DNA from: Lama glama
Lineage: Eukaryota
Direction: 5' to 3'
Assembly (NCBI GenBank): GCA_028534125.1
Contig: CM052816.1
Coordinates: 34,226,001-34,290,000 of the forward strand
Length of the DNA: 64,000 nt
The notes under the pieces were generated by a model. The model saw nothing but the letters and a program-made list of their open reading frames with translations. It did no database searches and was not told the origin of the DNA. Positions 40,001 to 52,958 of this stretch are shown piece by piece (the stretch's first letter is position 1; every line of letters starts with the position of its first letter). The position numbers and the translations under genes were made by a program.

Positions 40001-40939
40001 CACAGAGTAGACAAAAGCTTGAAAGCTGAAGAGAGCCTGGGTGCGCTGGTGCTTCTTAAACTTACGTTTGACTTGGGCTTTCTGACTTGGTCCTAACTAA
40101 AATCGTGCAGTGCTTGAACTAAAGTGCAGTTCTTCCAACTCTTAACCTGTGTCCTTTTCACTACTTCAGTATTGCCTGCTCCTCCTCCTCAATATTTCTT
40201 TCCTTTTCCTTTAACAACCAAAGGGCAAATCTTCCCTAGCAATTCTGCCCTGAGGAAGGAAGCTTCCAAATTTAAAGACAATATTGGTATCTTTGCATAG
40301 CTCTGCACCTGATGCATGAAAAGATTACCTTGCCCTCCCTACATGGCTAGATCCCTATTTATCTATCCCCAGAACATGCTTGCTATTTGGAAAATAGAAG
40401 TACAAAGTTTCAATATTCCCAGAACCTTCAATCTCATTTCAAATGTGTTTCAGTTTCTATTTATTCAGAATTGAAAACCAGAGCCCTAGGGAACCCTGAG
40501 TTCTGGTACATACATATGTATGACCTTATCAATGCACAGGCAGAAATTCTATGCATCCTGAGAAAGCCCTGAGTCAGAGCTGGTTCCTAGACCATTGCTG
40601 GAATTGATTTCCTCAGGCTGTTAAGATGACTTCTGTGACCTTACCATTGTAGCAGAAAGGGTCATATTTCCCCAAGAACTGATCTAGTGGCTGTGTGGAA
40701 ACACAGCTCAAACTTTTGTCATCCCTGGCTAGGTAACAGCTAAATTTAACCACAGAGAAATCCCAGGCCCAGAAATTAACACTGCGCTCTGACATACAGT
40801 TAATACTTCAAAAATACAATACAATTAAGTCTGGTTAAGTTTTCTGCTGAGCCTGGCAAAGACTTGCAACCATAGAAGAGGAGAGATGTGAGAAGCAATT
40901 TACCTCATGGCAGTGTAAAATTCAAAAATATTTTACACA

Positions 40940-41420
40940 CATATGTAGACTGTTCATTTCACACTGTAGTAGCAAGTGAATCAAAAGAGCCTAAGCTGCC
41001 ACCAGTAGGAAGCTGGTTAAGTAAATTATGATACATTCCTCAGTAGACCTCTATAGAGACATTTAAAGGAAGATTGCTCTCTATGTCCTGATCTGAAATT
41101 TCCTCTAAGACATCTCTTTAAGTGGGAAAGAAAAAGAAAGAGGTAGCAAAGTGTATACAGGATGCAACTATTTATGTTAAAGGAAGAGAGAACTCTGTGA
41201 AGGTGCCCACAGATACACACACACACTTCGATATGCAGAGAGTATCATCTCTGGAAGCAGCCACAAGAGACTGGCATCAGAGGTAGCCCCAGGGAAGGGG
41301 AACTGGAGTGCTGATGGGCAGAGCTGGGAGGTAGAACAACTTTTCAATCTATTTCTTTTTGTGCCCTTTGAATTTGTGTTACCATGTATCCACATTGCCT
41401 CTTAAAAATAAAAATAAAGA
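40940..41420 (+). mobile_element. L1ME-like 3' end
   Basis: cagtaggaagctggttaagtaaattatgatacattcc ... ttttgtgccctttgaatttg ... aaaaataaaaataaa. Confidence 0.8.
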
Positions 41421-43059
41421 AAAATATTCCAAGCTTCGACTTTGGTTTAGAGTTTAAAAATGAAAACATTAAGATTTTATATCCCCTTTTTCCTTAAGGC
41501 AAAAGCAGGTCCCTTCCATCTCTATTACTTGCTTTTGAACAAATAGGCTAGAGTATTTTTAGACTTTCTCCCTGGAGTCCAAAGCTCACAGTGTTAAAGT
41601 AACCAGGGGAAAGAGAGACGAGATGGAGCCCAGGCTCCGTGTCCTAAATGTTTTTCAGTCATGGAGAATCAAGCTTTTTCCCTAATACTGCTGTTTAGAC
41701 CAGTAGGAGCACGCACTGAGGTAATTTCTTCTTTTTTTGCTAGATTAAAGAAAGGGGCCTTTTTTTCTTTCTCTCACAGAAGGCTCTGTTGCTCTTTCCC
41801 TCAAAGTGAACATACATCTGAAAACAACTCTAGTGCATTTCTGCTGGAAGAAGCAAGAAGCTATTAACAGCAGCACTTGAGGCCACTGTGCAAGTCCATT
41901 ACCCCAGAAATAGATGAAGGCAAGTCTGCAGAAGTGCATTCCCCCAGAAGTATCATTCTTACCTGAAAGAACGTGGCTCTATTCAGCAGGAGACAGATGC
42001 TCTTACCTCATGTCACTGACAAACTAAAGTGAAATGAATAAAGACAAATAAAAAGTTCACCTGCAGAGAACTTACTTTGCTGCTTTAATTTGGAATCATA
42101 GGTTTTAGATAGGGTTATTTTTTCCCTCCTCCTCCCTCCACCTCCTGAGGTTCTTAGTGGCACCAGCCTGGGACTATGGCTCTGAAATAACCTAGTTTGA
42201 GTTCGTTCCCAGACATACAGAACTGGATCAGAAGAACAGTGAAAGGAAGGACCAAGGCCAAGCATTCATGGCTTGTGAAGCAATCTGCATGAACTCCAGG
42301 TACTCATCCCAAAGCTGCTCCTTAGGCACAGAACTTAAGGAGTCAGTGTCAGTTCCAAACAGACTAACAGGTAACAAAATGGTCTAAGGAGAAACTGATT
42401 TGCGCTGCCACCTCCTCTTGTCCTTTTTCTATCACCCCTAATACTGTTGTGCCCCAAAAGGGCAACAGATGAAGCTCCACTGCCCCCTGGTTAGTGCTTT
42501 AAAGAGGGCTTTGAGGCTGTAAATGCAGTTCAAGTTGAACCTTGCCTCTTTCCCAAAAGATACACGGTTCTTAGGAAGTTCATTTCTCATAGTTGTGACA
42601 GAGACAATTTCCAATTAATATATAAGGAAGAAAACCAAGAATCAAGACTAGACGGTATATTTGTCAAGCTTAATAGGAAGGGGACAGCAGGACAGCCCCC
42701 TACAGACTCTCCTTGTCTGCACTATACCTCAGGCATCACATGTCCTGTCACATACAATGAATATCAGGACTTGAGATCAAGAGAGTGGTAAGATTTCCTT
42801 GTCTTTAGACCACTAGTTCTCAAATCTGCCTTCATGTCCATTTCATATGCCTTACTCCTTCCCCTAGAAACTACTTGGGTGGTACTGAGGGTGGCTCTGG
42901 AATGGGAACTCTTTAGGGCTCTGCACTGCAGCTTTGGCTAACCAAGGATACTTGGAGATTGGGACCAGCTTGGTGGCACATCCCTGGCTAAAAGGACTGA
43001 TTAGACAAATCTGGTAATTTATCAGCCTCTGTACTGATTAGAACTTCTTTCAATGCAAT

Positions 43060-43230
43060 ACACTGTCATCACAGCCCTGCAGGGCAAGCAAGACAGGATA
43101 CTCATCTCCATTTTTCAGATGAGGAAACTAAAGATCCAACAGATCTGCCAAAGGTCAGATCCACATTAAGTCAGAGGCAGATTCGGAATTCTAAACAAAC
43201 CCTCTAAGGCCACTGCAGTTTTCACTATAA
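43060..43230 (-). mobile_element. MIR SINE
   Basis: atctccatttttcagatgaggaaacta...tgccaaaggtca. Confidence 0.75.
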
Positions 43231-43789
43231 CAGCTCCCGCCTTCAGGTCCAAGATGAGCAGCCTGGGAGCTGGCAACCATTTTGCTTCCAAGAACCAAAC
43301 TTTGAAAAAAGCATGAAACTCAGGCTATAGCTAAAAAACATAGCCACTTAATTGTATAGATAAGGAAATGGAAGTACACTGACTTGCCTAAACTTACACT
43401 GCCAATCAGTGGCAAGAAAAATAAGCAACAGTGGGATTATAATTCATGTAGACCATAACCAGAGCAAGATGTAGGGGAACTGTATTATCCCTGCTTGGGG
43501 TTTCAGTGAAGTCGGAGTGATTACTGCATAGAGAGCTTTTGTGTGTTTGGAACATTGCCCACTGCATTGAGAAATGGACCATGGCAAGGAGTAGCCATAC
43601 AAATCACTGAGGTCACCTTGCATGGTCTTTAGGAGTGTGCCAACCAGTCTGTGCCTCTGTGTGTGTGTGTGTATGTGTGTTGGTTAGTTGCCAAGAGGAT
43701 GTTCAAGCAAGCAGGAGCCTATACACATTTGGCAAAGAACAAAAACAGTCTCCCTGGAAAGTGTTACCCTAATTACATAGCCAGGCTGT

Positions 43790-44120
43790 GTCTGACCTGC
43801 AGATAAAGGCAGTCTCACAATCCCTGTCGATTGTGATGATCATTCATGACACAGAAGGATGCCAGGGAGACGTCCCCCTTCTTTCGTTCTAATTTCCCTA
43901 ACCCTCTAGCAGGGCTAGAGATTAGCCCAACTCGTATAAAACAGAAACAAACTTCAAATCCACGTCAGAGCCCGCCGGAGAGAATGGTTTACAAACTGCT
44001 CGCAGAACACTGGTGTAAACAAGATAATGCACGTTAATTCCCAGCAAGTCAATTAACATTCAGTTATTCTGAACAGGACCTGACCTTGATGCTTGAGGAT
44101 CTGAACAGAAGGCAACCCGC
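43790..44120. promoter_or_regulatory. Candidate enhancer or alternative promoter
   Basis: 10 CpG in about 300 bp; agataa twice, acgtca, tgtaaaca (FOX), tgaccttga (ERR/NR5A); unique sequence; motif evidence only. Confidence 0.4.
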
Positions 44121-44615
44121 AGCTTAAAGGAAAATGCCACCTCTTGCACTCAAACTGGCAGGTCTCTGGGGTTCAAAGGCTCAAGAAGCACTCTCCTCAC
44201 AGAGACGCACAAAGGGAAAAAAAAACCATCTCAGCACAACACTTGTATTTCAGAACCACTGTCTTTTTGCCTTTGAGCCCACAAACACTTTGATGACTGT
44301 CACCTTTGATATAAATGTCTGAAGGATCTAAGTGTAAGGCTGCATTCCAGAGGCATCTCCCTCGTCAAGACTGCTGAGAGCTTAAAACATCTCAGGATGA
44401 ACTGCACACATTTCTTTGGATATTTCTTCAACTGCTAATTCAAAGAGGAGATTTATTTGTAATTGTCTTGCTTATTAGCATTATCGCTGCTTTCTGGCGA
44501 TGTTTTTCCTTGAATTTTGGTAAATAATTAACCAGAAACTTTCACAGTGTTTTATGACTCCAGAGTAGTGAGTCAGGCACCCTGAGGTGTGTGACCCATC
44601 TGAGTTCAGGAGAAC

Positions 44616-44775
44616 AGAGCTGTTCAAGCTGTAATGCACACCTGAGTCTCCTGGGACCTCGTAGAGGGAGATTCTGATTGAGCAGGTCTAGGATGGAACC
44701 TGCGATTGTCTTATGAGCTCCCAGGCGACACTGAAGCTGTGGTCCAAGGACCCCACTGTGTGGCGCTGCCCTAGG
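44616..44775. mobile_element. MER5-like DNA transposon
   Basis: agattctgattgagcaggtctaggatggaacctg...gctcccagg...ggtccaaggaccccact. Confidence 0.75.
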
Positions 44776-45489
44776 GCATTTGTCTGAGCTCATCCCACCA
44801 AACAAGTAGTTCTTTAAAAAGGGGTCCTTCCATGATTTCAGGCCTCAGCCATGTGCAACAGGAGATGTCACTAAATACTACTCCAGATCAGGGACCTCAG
44901 GCTTGTCTGACTCAGGCACCCTAGACATACAGGTTTAGAGGAATTCCTCTTTTGAGCCCAGGGCCCCCTTTTGGAGGCAAGTGTTCTAGGGTTTTTGTGT
45001 GTTGTTTGCAGACTTCAATGGTAGCCCACACTAGGCAAATTTGATGGAGACAAACCAAATTCCTGTAGCATTAATGGCCCGTGCATCTGGTGGACTACCA
45101 ATTGATAAAGAAAACACATATAAAATAAGCAGAAGTGTACTATTCCTTCTCTCAGTGGTTGCAGAGTCAACTGGCTGGGTCCTGGGTACAGGCAAAGTAG
45201 ATTCTTCATTAGACACTGACAAGGAAGGTAGCTGCTGGGGAGAAATCTGATTGTTTGGGTACCAAATCAATGTTCTTGATGGAGCCCTTCTCTACAGTGC
45301 TCAAGAGACACGTTCAGGCAGCACACTGCCTCATCTCCAGGTTCTTCTTCCTCAACACACACGCACAAATTTCCTAGGCAATTACTCTGGAATCATATAG
45401 AAGAGTGCTGTCCTGTCTATACCATCTATTTCTCATCCCGTCCTAGTGTTCCAGGCCAATGATAACACGACAATAAATAATAATAACAA

Positions 45490-45680
45490 TAATAACCACT
45501 GTTAAAATCCTCATTAAAGCCCTTTGGGATAGGTACTATTATTATTCTCATTTTATGAATGAGGACACTAGGGCACAGAGAGGATAAGCGTAAGTAATTT
45601 GCCCAAGGACACATACCTAATAAGCAGGGATACAAACACAAGTAGTCTGGCACCAGAGGCCATGATCTTAACTACTAAGT
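45490..45680 (-). mobile_element. MIR SINE
   Basis: taggtactattattattctcattttatgaatgagg...aatttgcccaaggacaca...tctggcaccagag. Confidence 0.85.
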
Positions 45681-46339
45681 GATACCTGTCCATACCCGTT
45701 AGATCACTTTACCAAAAAAAGAGAATAAGGCCTTATTATCCTCTTTATCTTTTACAGTGAATGGCTCATTAAAACCAGAGCCAAAATAATTAGCAACCAA
45801 ATAAATTGGTTTCCTTTCCAAGAGAGTGTTTCCAAACACTCCCCTGAGGTGAGGGAAAATATTTGCATTCTGTCCCTGTTGGTGGGGTGTGTGCAGTGAA
45901 ACGCATTCTTCTAGAATGGGTTGGAGACTTTTAAGGAAGCAAATAAAAACAGAAGAGTTTTTTCCACAGTAAAATATACAGATTCTTCTTACACCCTTAC
46001 ATTTGAATAAGTTTTACCCTCTCACTGTGTCTTCATGTTGAACTGCCTTTGTAAATATTCCTTCATTACACCAACCCCAGTCCTTTCTCATTTTTCTAAA
46101 CAACTGTGGCCAGTATTATTAGAATCTCTGCATGTCATTTGAGTATATGCCTATGTTTTTCTTTGTTTTACATATGTTACCTTGGTTTTATCCATTTGAT
46201 TCTAAGCATTTTGGTTTAAATACTTATTCTTAGAAGACTGTATAATTATTTTGGCTCTTTGCTTATACTGAGTAAAGTTCATGCTGTTTTGTGCAAATGC
46301 TGCCACTGTCCTTCCCTAACACAGAGTCACATAGCTGTA

Positions 46340-46520
46340 TGTGATTAGCTTAGGTGGCTAGTGAATCAGTTTAGCTGTGCTTGCACAGGCTAGGTCACAA
46401 GCTCTCTCTTCAGCCGATACCTGTACCATAACACCTCGAGCCAGCTAATCATTTCATGCCAATGCATGATGGTCACAAGAATACTGGGCAAGTGATGTAG
46501 GCTAGACCAGAGCAAATTCA
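46340..46520 (+). mobile_element. Possible MamSINE1 relic
   Basis: ccagct...atgcatgatggtcacaag...gtaggctagaccagagcaaattca resembles recalled consensus. Confidence 0.4.
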
Positions 46521-46896
46521 GGGACTGTAGTCCTGAGAAAACAAACTCAAGAGTTCAGCCTCATAGATAAAGGCTCAGAAGGGTCACCTTTGTATATGAA
46601 GGGCAACATTTACTGTTAAAGTTTTGATTTAGGCACTGAGGAGATCTTGCCCTTGAGGCAGAATCAAGCACAAGGGCACCCAGTTAGCAAGTGACAGAGC
46701 CAGGATTGAAACACACACAGTCTGACTCCACAACCATCACTTTCAACCACCATGTTCTCTTGCTCACTTGATTAAAAAAATATTTAATCAACCCTCCCAT
46801 CCATAAAACAAAGCCCAATCTTCTATGTAATTTCCTCCAGCATGTGATCGCAACTTGTAACTCTAAAATTTTTTTCACTTAGTTTTATACACTCTA

Positions 46897-47073
46897 GAAT
46901 GGTGCTTTTCTACCTTGGTTGCAAATTAGATTTATCTGAGGAGCTCTGGGAAATTCTGATGCCCAGATTGTTCTTTAAAAAAGATTCATCAGAATCTCAG
47001 GGGTCAGGTCCTAAAAGTAGTATTTTCAAAAAAAAATTCTTGTGATTCCAAATGCTGAGTTTAAGAACCTCTG
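46897..47073. mobile_element. MER5-like DNA transposon
   Basis: ccttggttgcaaattaga...ctgatgccca...atcagaatctcagggg...tttaagaacctctg. Confidence 0.7.
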
Positions 47074-47090
47074 ATTCACAATTTAACCAA

Positions 47091-47130
47091 CATGTAATTT
47101 TCTACCTCTACATGTAATTTTCTACCTCTA
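47091..47130. repeat. Exact 20-bp tandem duplication
   Basis: catgtaattttctacctcta twice. Confidence 0.95.
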
Positions 47131-47171
47131 CCTCTTTGTGTTATTCCCCCCTTACTTAGAGTAGCCCATTA

Positions 47172-48242
47172 CCAGTTGAATTTTAGGATAATTTTTCTAT
47201 TTCTGTGAAAAACACCACTGGAATTTTGACAGGAATTGCATTGAATCTGCAGATAGTTATGGGTCATGTGGACATTTTAATAATATTAATTCTTTCAACC
47301 CATGAACATGAGATATCATTCCACTTATCTGTGCCAATGAGAAAAGGATAATCTCTTCAGTAAACAGTGTTGGGAAAACTGAATCTCCAAATGCAAAGAA
47401 TGAAATTAAACATTTCATTCATCTTACAACACACACAAAAATTCTACTTACAAATACACAAAAATTAACTCAAAATGGATTAAAGACTTAACCATAAGAA
47501 TTAAAACTGAAAAACTCCTAGAGGAAAACACAGGGGGAAAGCTTCCTGACACTGGTCTTAGCAATGATCTTTCAGCTATGACACCAAAAGTACAAACAAC
47601 AAAAGCAAAAATAAATAAGTGGGGCAACATCAAACTAAAAAATTTCTGCACAGCAAATGAAACCATCAACACAATGCAAAAGCAACCTATGGAAAGGGAG
47701 AAAATATTTGCAAACCATATATTCAATAGAGGGCTAATATCCAATATATATAAGCAACTCATATAACCTAATAGCAAAAAAAAAAACCAAAACAAATAAA
47801 AGAAGAAACCCCAAATAACCTGATTTTAAAATGGACCAAGGACTTGAATAAACATTTTTCTCAAGAAGACATAGAAATGACCAAGAGAAAAGGGTGCTCA
47901 ACATCACTAATAATCAGGGAAATGGAAATCAAAACCACAGTGTGATATCTCCTTATATCTGTTAAGATGGTAACAAGTGTTGGTCAAGATGTGGAGAAAC
48001 TGGAACACTACTGATGGGACTATAAACTGGTACAGTTACTATGAAAAAAAAAGTTTCCTTAAAAAATTAAGAATATGACTACCATATGATTCAGCAATCC
48101 CACTTCTGGGTATATATCCAAAGAAAATGAAATCAGTATCTTGAAGTGATATCTGTACTCTCATGTTCTTGGAGTATTATTCACAATAGCCAAAATATAG
48201 AAACAACCTAAGTGTCTATCATCGGATAAATGGATAAAGAAA

Positions 48243-48301
<59 letters not shown>

Positions 48302-48824
48302 CATACACATATATAATGAAATACCATTCAGCCACAAAAAGAAGAAATTTCTGCCATTTGCAACAACATGAACAACACTAGAGGACATCATGCTAAATGA
48401 AATAAGCCAGGCAGAGAAAGACAAATACTGTATGATCTCATTTGCATGTGAAATCTAAAAAAAGCCAAACTCTTAGAAACAGAGAATAGAACAGTGATTG
48501 CCAGGGGTTAGAGACTGTAGGAAATGGGAGGATATTGGTCAAAGGGTACAAACTTTCAGTTTTAAGAGGAATAAATTCTGGAGATCTAATGTACAGCATG
48601 GAGACTGTAATTTATAATGTATTTTACACTTAAAATTCCCTAGGAGAGTAGATCTTAGGTGTTCTCATCACAAAAAGAAGGTAAATAGGTTAATTAGCTT
48701 GGCTGGGGAATCATTTCACAACGTATAGGTACACATATTCCCTGGTACACCTTAAAAATATATATATATATATACATAAAATATTTATTTGTCAATCATA
48801 CCTCAAAAAGCTGGAGAAAAAAAA
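47172..48824 (+). mobile_element. L1 (L1MA-like) with inverted 5' segment (47172-47334 on minus)
   Basis: Minus piece encodes KWNDISCSWVERINI...FNAIPVKIP...LKF; plus piece is ORF2 C-terminus and 3' UTR ending ctggagaaaaaaaa. Confidence 0.88.
48244..48291. repeat. (TG)24 microsatellite followed by TA-rich repeat
   Basis: Perfect dinucleotide run inside the L1 3' region. Confidence 0.97.
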
Positions 48825-48829
48825 TACTG

Positions 48830-49090
48830 TGGTCTTTATAAACCCTTGGAGAGTTTTAAGCAGTGGTATGACATGGATTAGAATTGCGTTTTGTTAAGAT
48901 GATGAGGCTGCAGTATGGAAAAAGAATTTGAGAACAAGTGAGGATACAAGCAGAAGACTGAATGGGAGGCTGTGACAGGATGCAGTGAGGAGAAGATGGT
49001 AACGTGAGTCCCCAAAGCAGCCATGGGATGAAAAAGAGATGCTAGCACTGACAGATACTCATGAGGAAGGATCAGTTAAGGAGTCCTGAA
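48830..49090 (-). mobile_element. L2 fragment
   Basis: ttggagagttttaagcag...gacatgga...gggaggctgtgacagg. Confidence 0.6.
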
Positions 49091-50779
49091 TGGTATTTGA
49101 TCTGGTTTAATGTGAAATTCACCTTTTTAAGCGAAGACTTCGATGATATTTAGATATGAATATACTTTACCCATTTTATCAAGAAAAACAGTCCACGCTT
49201 CTAGAATTCAAGACGATGAAGTAAAAAAAGTACTATTCTCCCTCAAGTTCAAAACCAAATCTCACTTAAACAGAGATTTATGACCCTTTTTTCCCCGTTG
49301 GAAAGGAGTAACTTCTGAAAATTTTATTTTGGTTGATTAAAAATGTCATTGCCAGAAGTCTCCCAAACGAGTTTCTCCTTGGGGGAAAAAAGGTAAAACA
49401 AAAGCAAACAAGTGACTTACTGAATAGATGGAAAACGTATTTTACAATTCATTCTCTCACCTGATGTCAACACACTGTTGGGGTGGGGCGGGGAGCAGTT
49501 AGTCCTCAAATGTGCCATGGAGAGAGCAGAATTTATAATGCCCTAAGTCTCTGGAACCTAAAGGAGTTTGAAAATGAGAATGCACTGCACTTTGAAAAGC
49601 AGAGGCAGAGTACTTTTTCAATAGCACACAGAGGTTTTGAGAATTAACCAGCTCCAAAAGTATATTATGTGCTCTCTGAAGGTAAATTAAAACACAAATC
49701 AAGATTGCTGGGGGAAACATTAGTGCCCTCCAGCAGCTGAGGAGTTGCACGTATGTGCTGTGTTCACAGTCCCTGCAGGCCTAAGGCCAGTAACCCAGAA
49801 ACTACATTTCAACACAAGCCAGCATACAAGAGGAAGGTCAGAGGGTCACCTCCCTGTAGGAATATCAATATCCCCTCCCTTCAAGCCCTGTCTCTCTAGC
49901 AACTCCCTCACTCCCTGCCTCAACAGACAGGTTAGTGATCTTTCTGTTTCTCTGAAAGCTCATGTCAGTTCTCCCTCCTCTCCCATACTTTCCAACATGG
50001 CAGCTTTGTTGTTATCAGGCTGCCAGTCATACACCAAGCTGTGTTGAGAGTTGAGTGTGATTTAGTTCAAAGGTAGATCTAAGATCTACGTAAGATCATT
50101 TGGTTCAAATGGTCCTAGGTCCATTCTCCAGTACCTCCATTAAAAAAAAAAAAAGGAAGAAGAAACATTAAACATGGCCTTTGTAAGTAACTCAAATCCC
50201 AAAGCTGACTAGAGAAAGAGCCAGGTATACATTCCTCTTTGGAGCTGTATAACACACAGTAATACAACTAACTGTTCTGTATCACACATTACAACTTTAC
50301 CAGAGTGTGATGCTGATATAAGCAACTTCTGATTCTCTCTCTACCCTTTACAGTCATAATTATACATTTTTTATCCTCAGATTCAGTATCTACAGATCCA
50401 TCCATTTCTACCATACATTGGAGCCACACTATGTATAAGGCACTGTATTGAATTCAGTGAGAAAATTCAAGATGAATAAAATCCACATTTTTAATAAAGG
50501 AGCTTACAGTATAGTATAGAGGCTAAATCCCTAGATTTACAAGGGGGAAACAATCTGAGTTTAAATATCAAGTCTGGTTGTTAAACTTGGGCAAGTTTAT
50601 TAATCTCCTTCAGCTCTGCTTTCCTTCTCTGTAAAATGGAGATAATAATAATTACACACACACACACATATATCTCATATAGGGTAGGCATGAGGAGGAG
50701 GAGACTTGAGGCCACAGAACCCAGCATGGAAAATGGAAGTCAAGTCAATCTGCCTTCAGGATCACCTGTTCACTATGAT

Positions 50780-51880
50780 CCAAGAGTAGACTAGAAATGT
50801 GATTTGCAATAAGACCATGAATGGCCTTGGATGTCAAGCTAAGAAATGGGGACTTTATCTAATAGACAATAGTGTATCTCTAGAAGTTTTTCTGTGCAGG
50901 AATAGAGACGTGTATAAATCTGTACTTCTAATAGATAACTTCATATGCACTTTAATGAAGAAACAGCAAAGAAGAGAGAAGGAAAGAAGTCATTTCAAGG
51001 GTAATTAAAGAGCAGAAGTACAGGTCAAACTACAATGGACACCCTCAAAATAATCATGAAAAAAGTGAGACAAGCCCAAACGAAGGGACATTCTATGAAA
51101 TAATTGGCCCATACTCTTCAAAAGTGTCAAGGTCATAAAAGACAGGGAAAGACTGAGAAAGAATCACAGATTACTGAGAATTAAGGATTCATGACAACTA
51201 AGTACAATGTGGATCCTGGAACAAACCAAGGACATTCATGGGAAAACTGGTGAAATTCAAGCAAAGACTATAATTCAGTTAATAATATTGTACCAATGTT
51301 AATTTTGATAGACATGTCATGGTTAGGCAAGATGTCAATGTTAGGGAAGCTGAATGAAGGGTATAATAACTTTCTGTATTTTTATGTAAATTTCTTTAAG
51401 CATAAACTTTTCCCAAAAGTTTTTCATTTTTTCAGTCCAGGCAAGAGAAAATAAGGACCTGAATCACAGTAGAGGTTCCAAGAACTGGGAGAAGAGGAAG
51501 CAGAACTGCTAAGAGTTGGATACTGATGGGGTTGGTAGGGTGATGGAGGAGTCACTGAGAGTCTGATTCAAGCTAGCAGGATTTACTGTTCCCTTGAGGA
51601 AGTCCTGGGAAGAAACAGGTTTTAGAGGAGGGGTAATGAGTTCTACCTTGCACATACTGAGCTGTAGATGTTGAAAGGTTCTCTGTAGATGATGATAGGA
51701 AAGGGTATGAAAGACAAGGGAAAAGGTGGGCTTAGAGTTAAAGGCTTGGAAGTCATCCAATATACAGAAAACAATTGGAACTATGGGACTGAATACTTCT
51801 ACTAAAGGAGAGAGGAAAAAGGATGAAAACAAACACTATTTAGGAAATACTCATGTTTAAGAGGAAGATGAAAAGAGAAA
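50780..51880 (-). mobile_element. L2 relic interrupted by an L1
   Basis: ggccttggatgtcaagctaag...; resumes 51432 cagtccaggcaagaga...; ttggaagtcatcc. Confidence 0.7.
51040..51430 (+). mobile_element. L1MC-like 3' end nested in L2
   Basis: gaagggacattctatgaaataattggcc...aaaagtgtcaaggtcataaaagac...ggatcctggaac. Confidence 0.8.
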
Positions 51881-52459
51881 CCACATTATAGCTCCATTTC
51901 TTTCATAAGGAGAAAGCTCATTTAAAAAAATGTAACAGATGTGGAGTAAAATAAGGTTTCGGAAGACACCAGTTTGTACCTCCGTAATGGAGGTAATTAG
52001 TGATAGGAATTAAACAAAAACAGAAAGAGAAAAAGAAAAGAGAAAATCATGTGACTACTTTGAAATAAATAGAAAAACTTCAAGAATTATGTTAATGGAT
52101 TGATCCAGTTTGGGATTTGAAATCTCAGTGGCATGTTTTAAAAGAATTTAATTGTGCTTTTTACAAATAACCTTAAAATTTAAAGCCCCATCTCCCCAAG
52201 CCTGCTAGTTTTCTGTAGAATTCTACTACCCATTTAAGAAGAGTTAAGAGATTGCAAAATGAGATATGTTTGGATAGTCTATCATGCATTTTAGGAAAAT
52301 CTGCTCTGGAATAGTATGGTGTTTTAAGTTTTCTTAAAAGAGTTCCCACACAACACATTTTAAATATGTATGCCCGAATTTAAGCTTCACAAATCATAAG
52401 TTTACACTTTGGTGGACCTGTTTTGAAAACTAATATCCTTCCTTTTTCCAGCTTCACGA

Positions 52460-52958
52460 TGTAGCTGAAGAGTAGCCTGTTTATAAACCCTCCCTTTCTA
52501 TAGAGTTGCTCCCCCTCCAATTCTAAGTGGTTCTTAAGGGTCCTGTCACGTTCCCATAGCCCATGACCCCTGGGCCTCAGTGTGGTCAACCAGAGCTCTT
52601 CCTTGGGATTTGAGATGATAACTGAGGAAGTTATTTAGACTCAATGGCAATGAAAGCTGAAAGATGGAAGGCTTGAAACTTGGAAACAGTCAGCAGCCAC
52701 ATTCTCCACAAGTCTGTACTTAAAAATAATAATAAAGTCAAAACACAGATTAAAGCTGCGATGTGAGATGGCCCTAAGGAGTTCTGGTGTGATTACCTGG
52801 TTCCAGGTGTTATTGTGTTACTGAAACAGAGAAGTATCACTGCTTGCTCTTGACTCTACATATAACTTCAGCCTTCCCACAAACTCCCTCTTTTTTTGCC
52901 CAAGGTAGTTAGCAGTGAATTTCTGTCAGTTACAAGCATAAGAGTAGTGACTAATACT
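52460..52958 (+). mobile_element. Old MaLR/ERVL LTR
   Basis: ccagagctcttccttgggattt ... tttttgcccaaggtagt ... tttctgtcagttacaa ... gactaatac. Confidence 0.65.

Noticed and set aside
43790..44120. CpG island
   Set aside because: Too short and not GC-rich enough; kept only as an enhancer candidate
46340..46520. tRNA-like or structured RNA gene
   Set aside because: No cloverleaf or intact A/B boxes; better explained as an ancient SINE relic. No tRNA, rRNA or snRNA gene seen in the window
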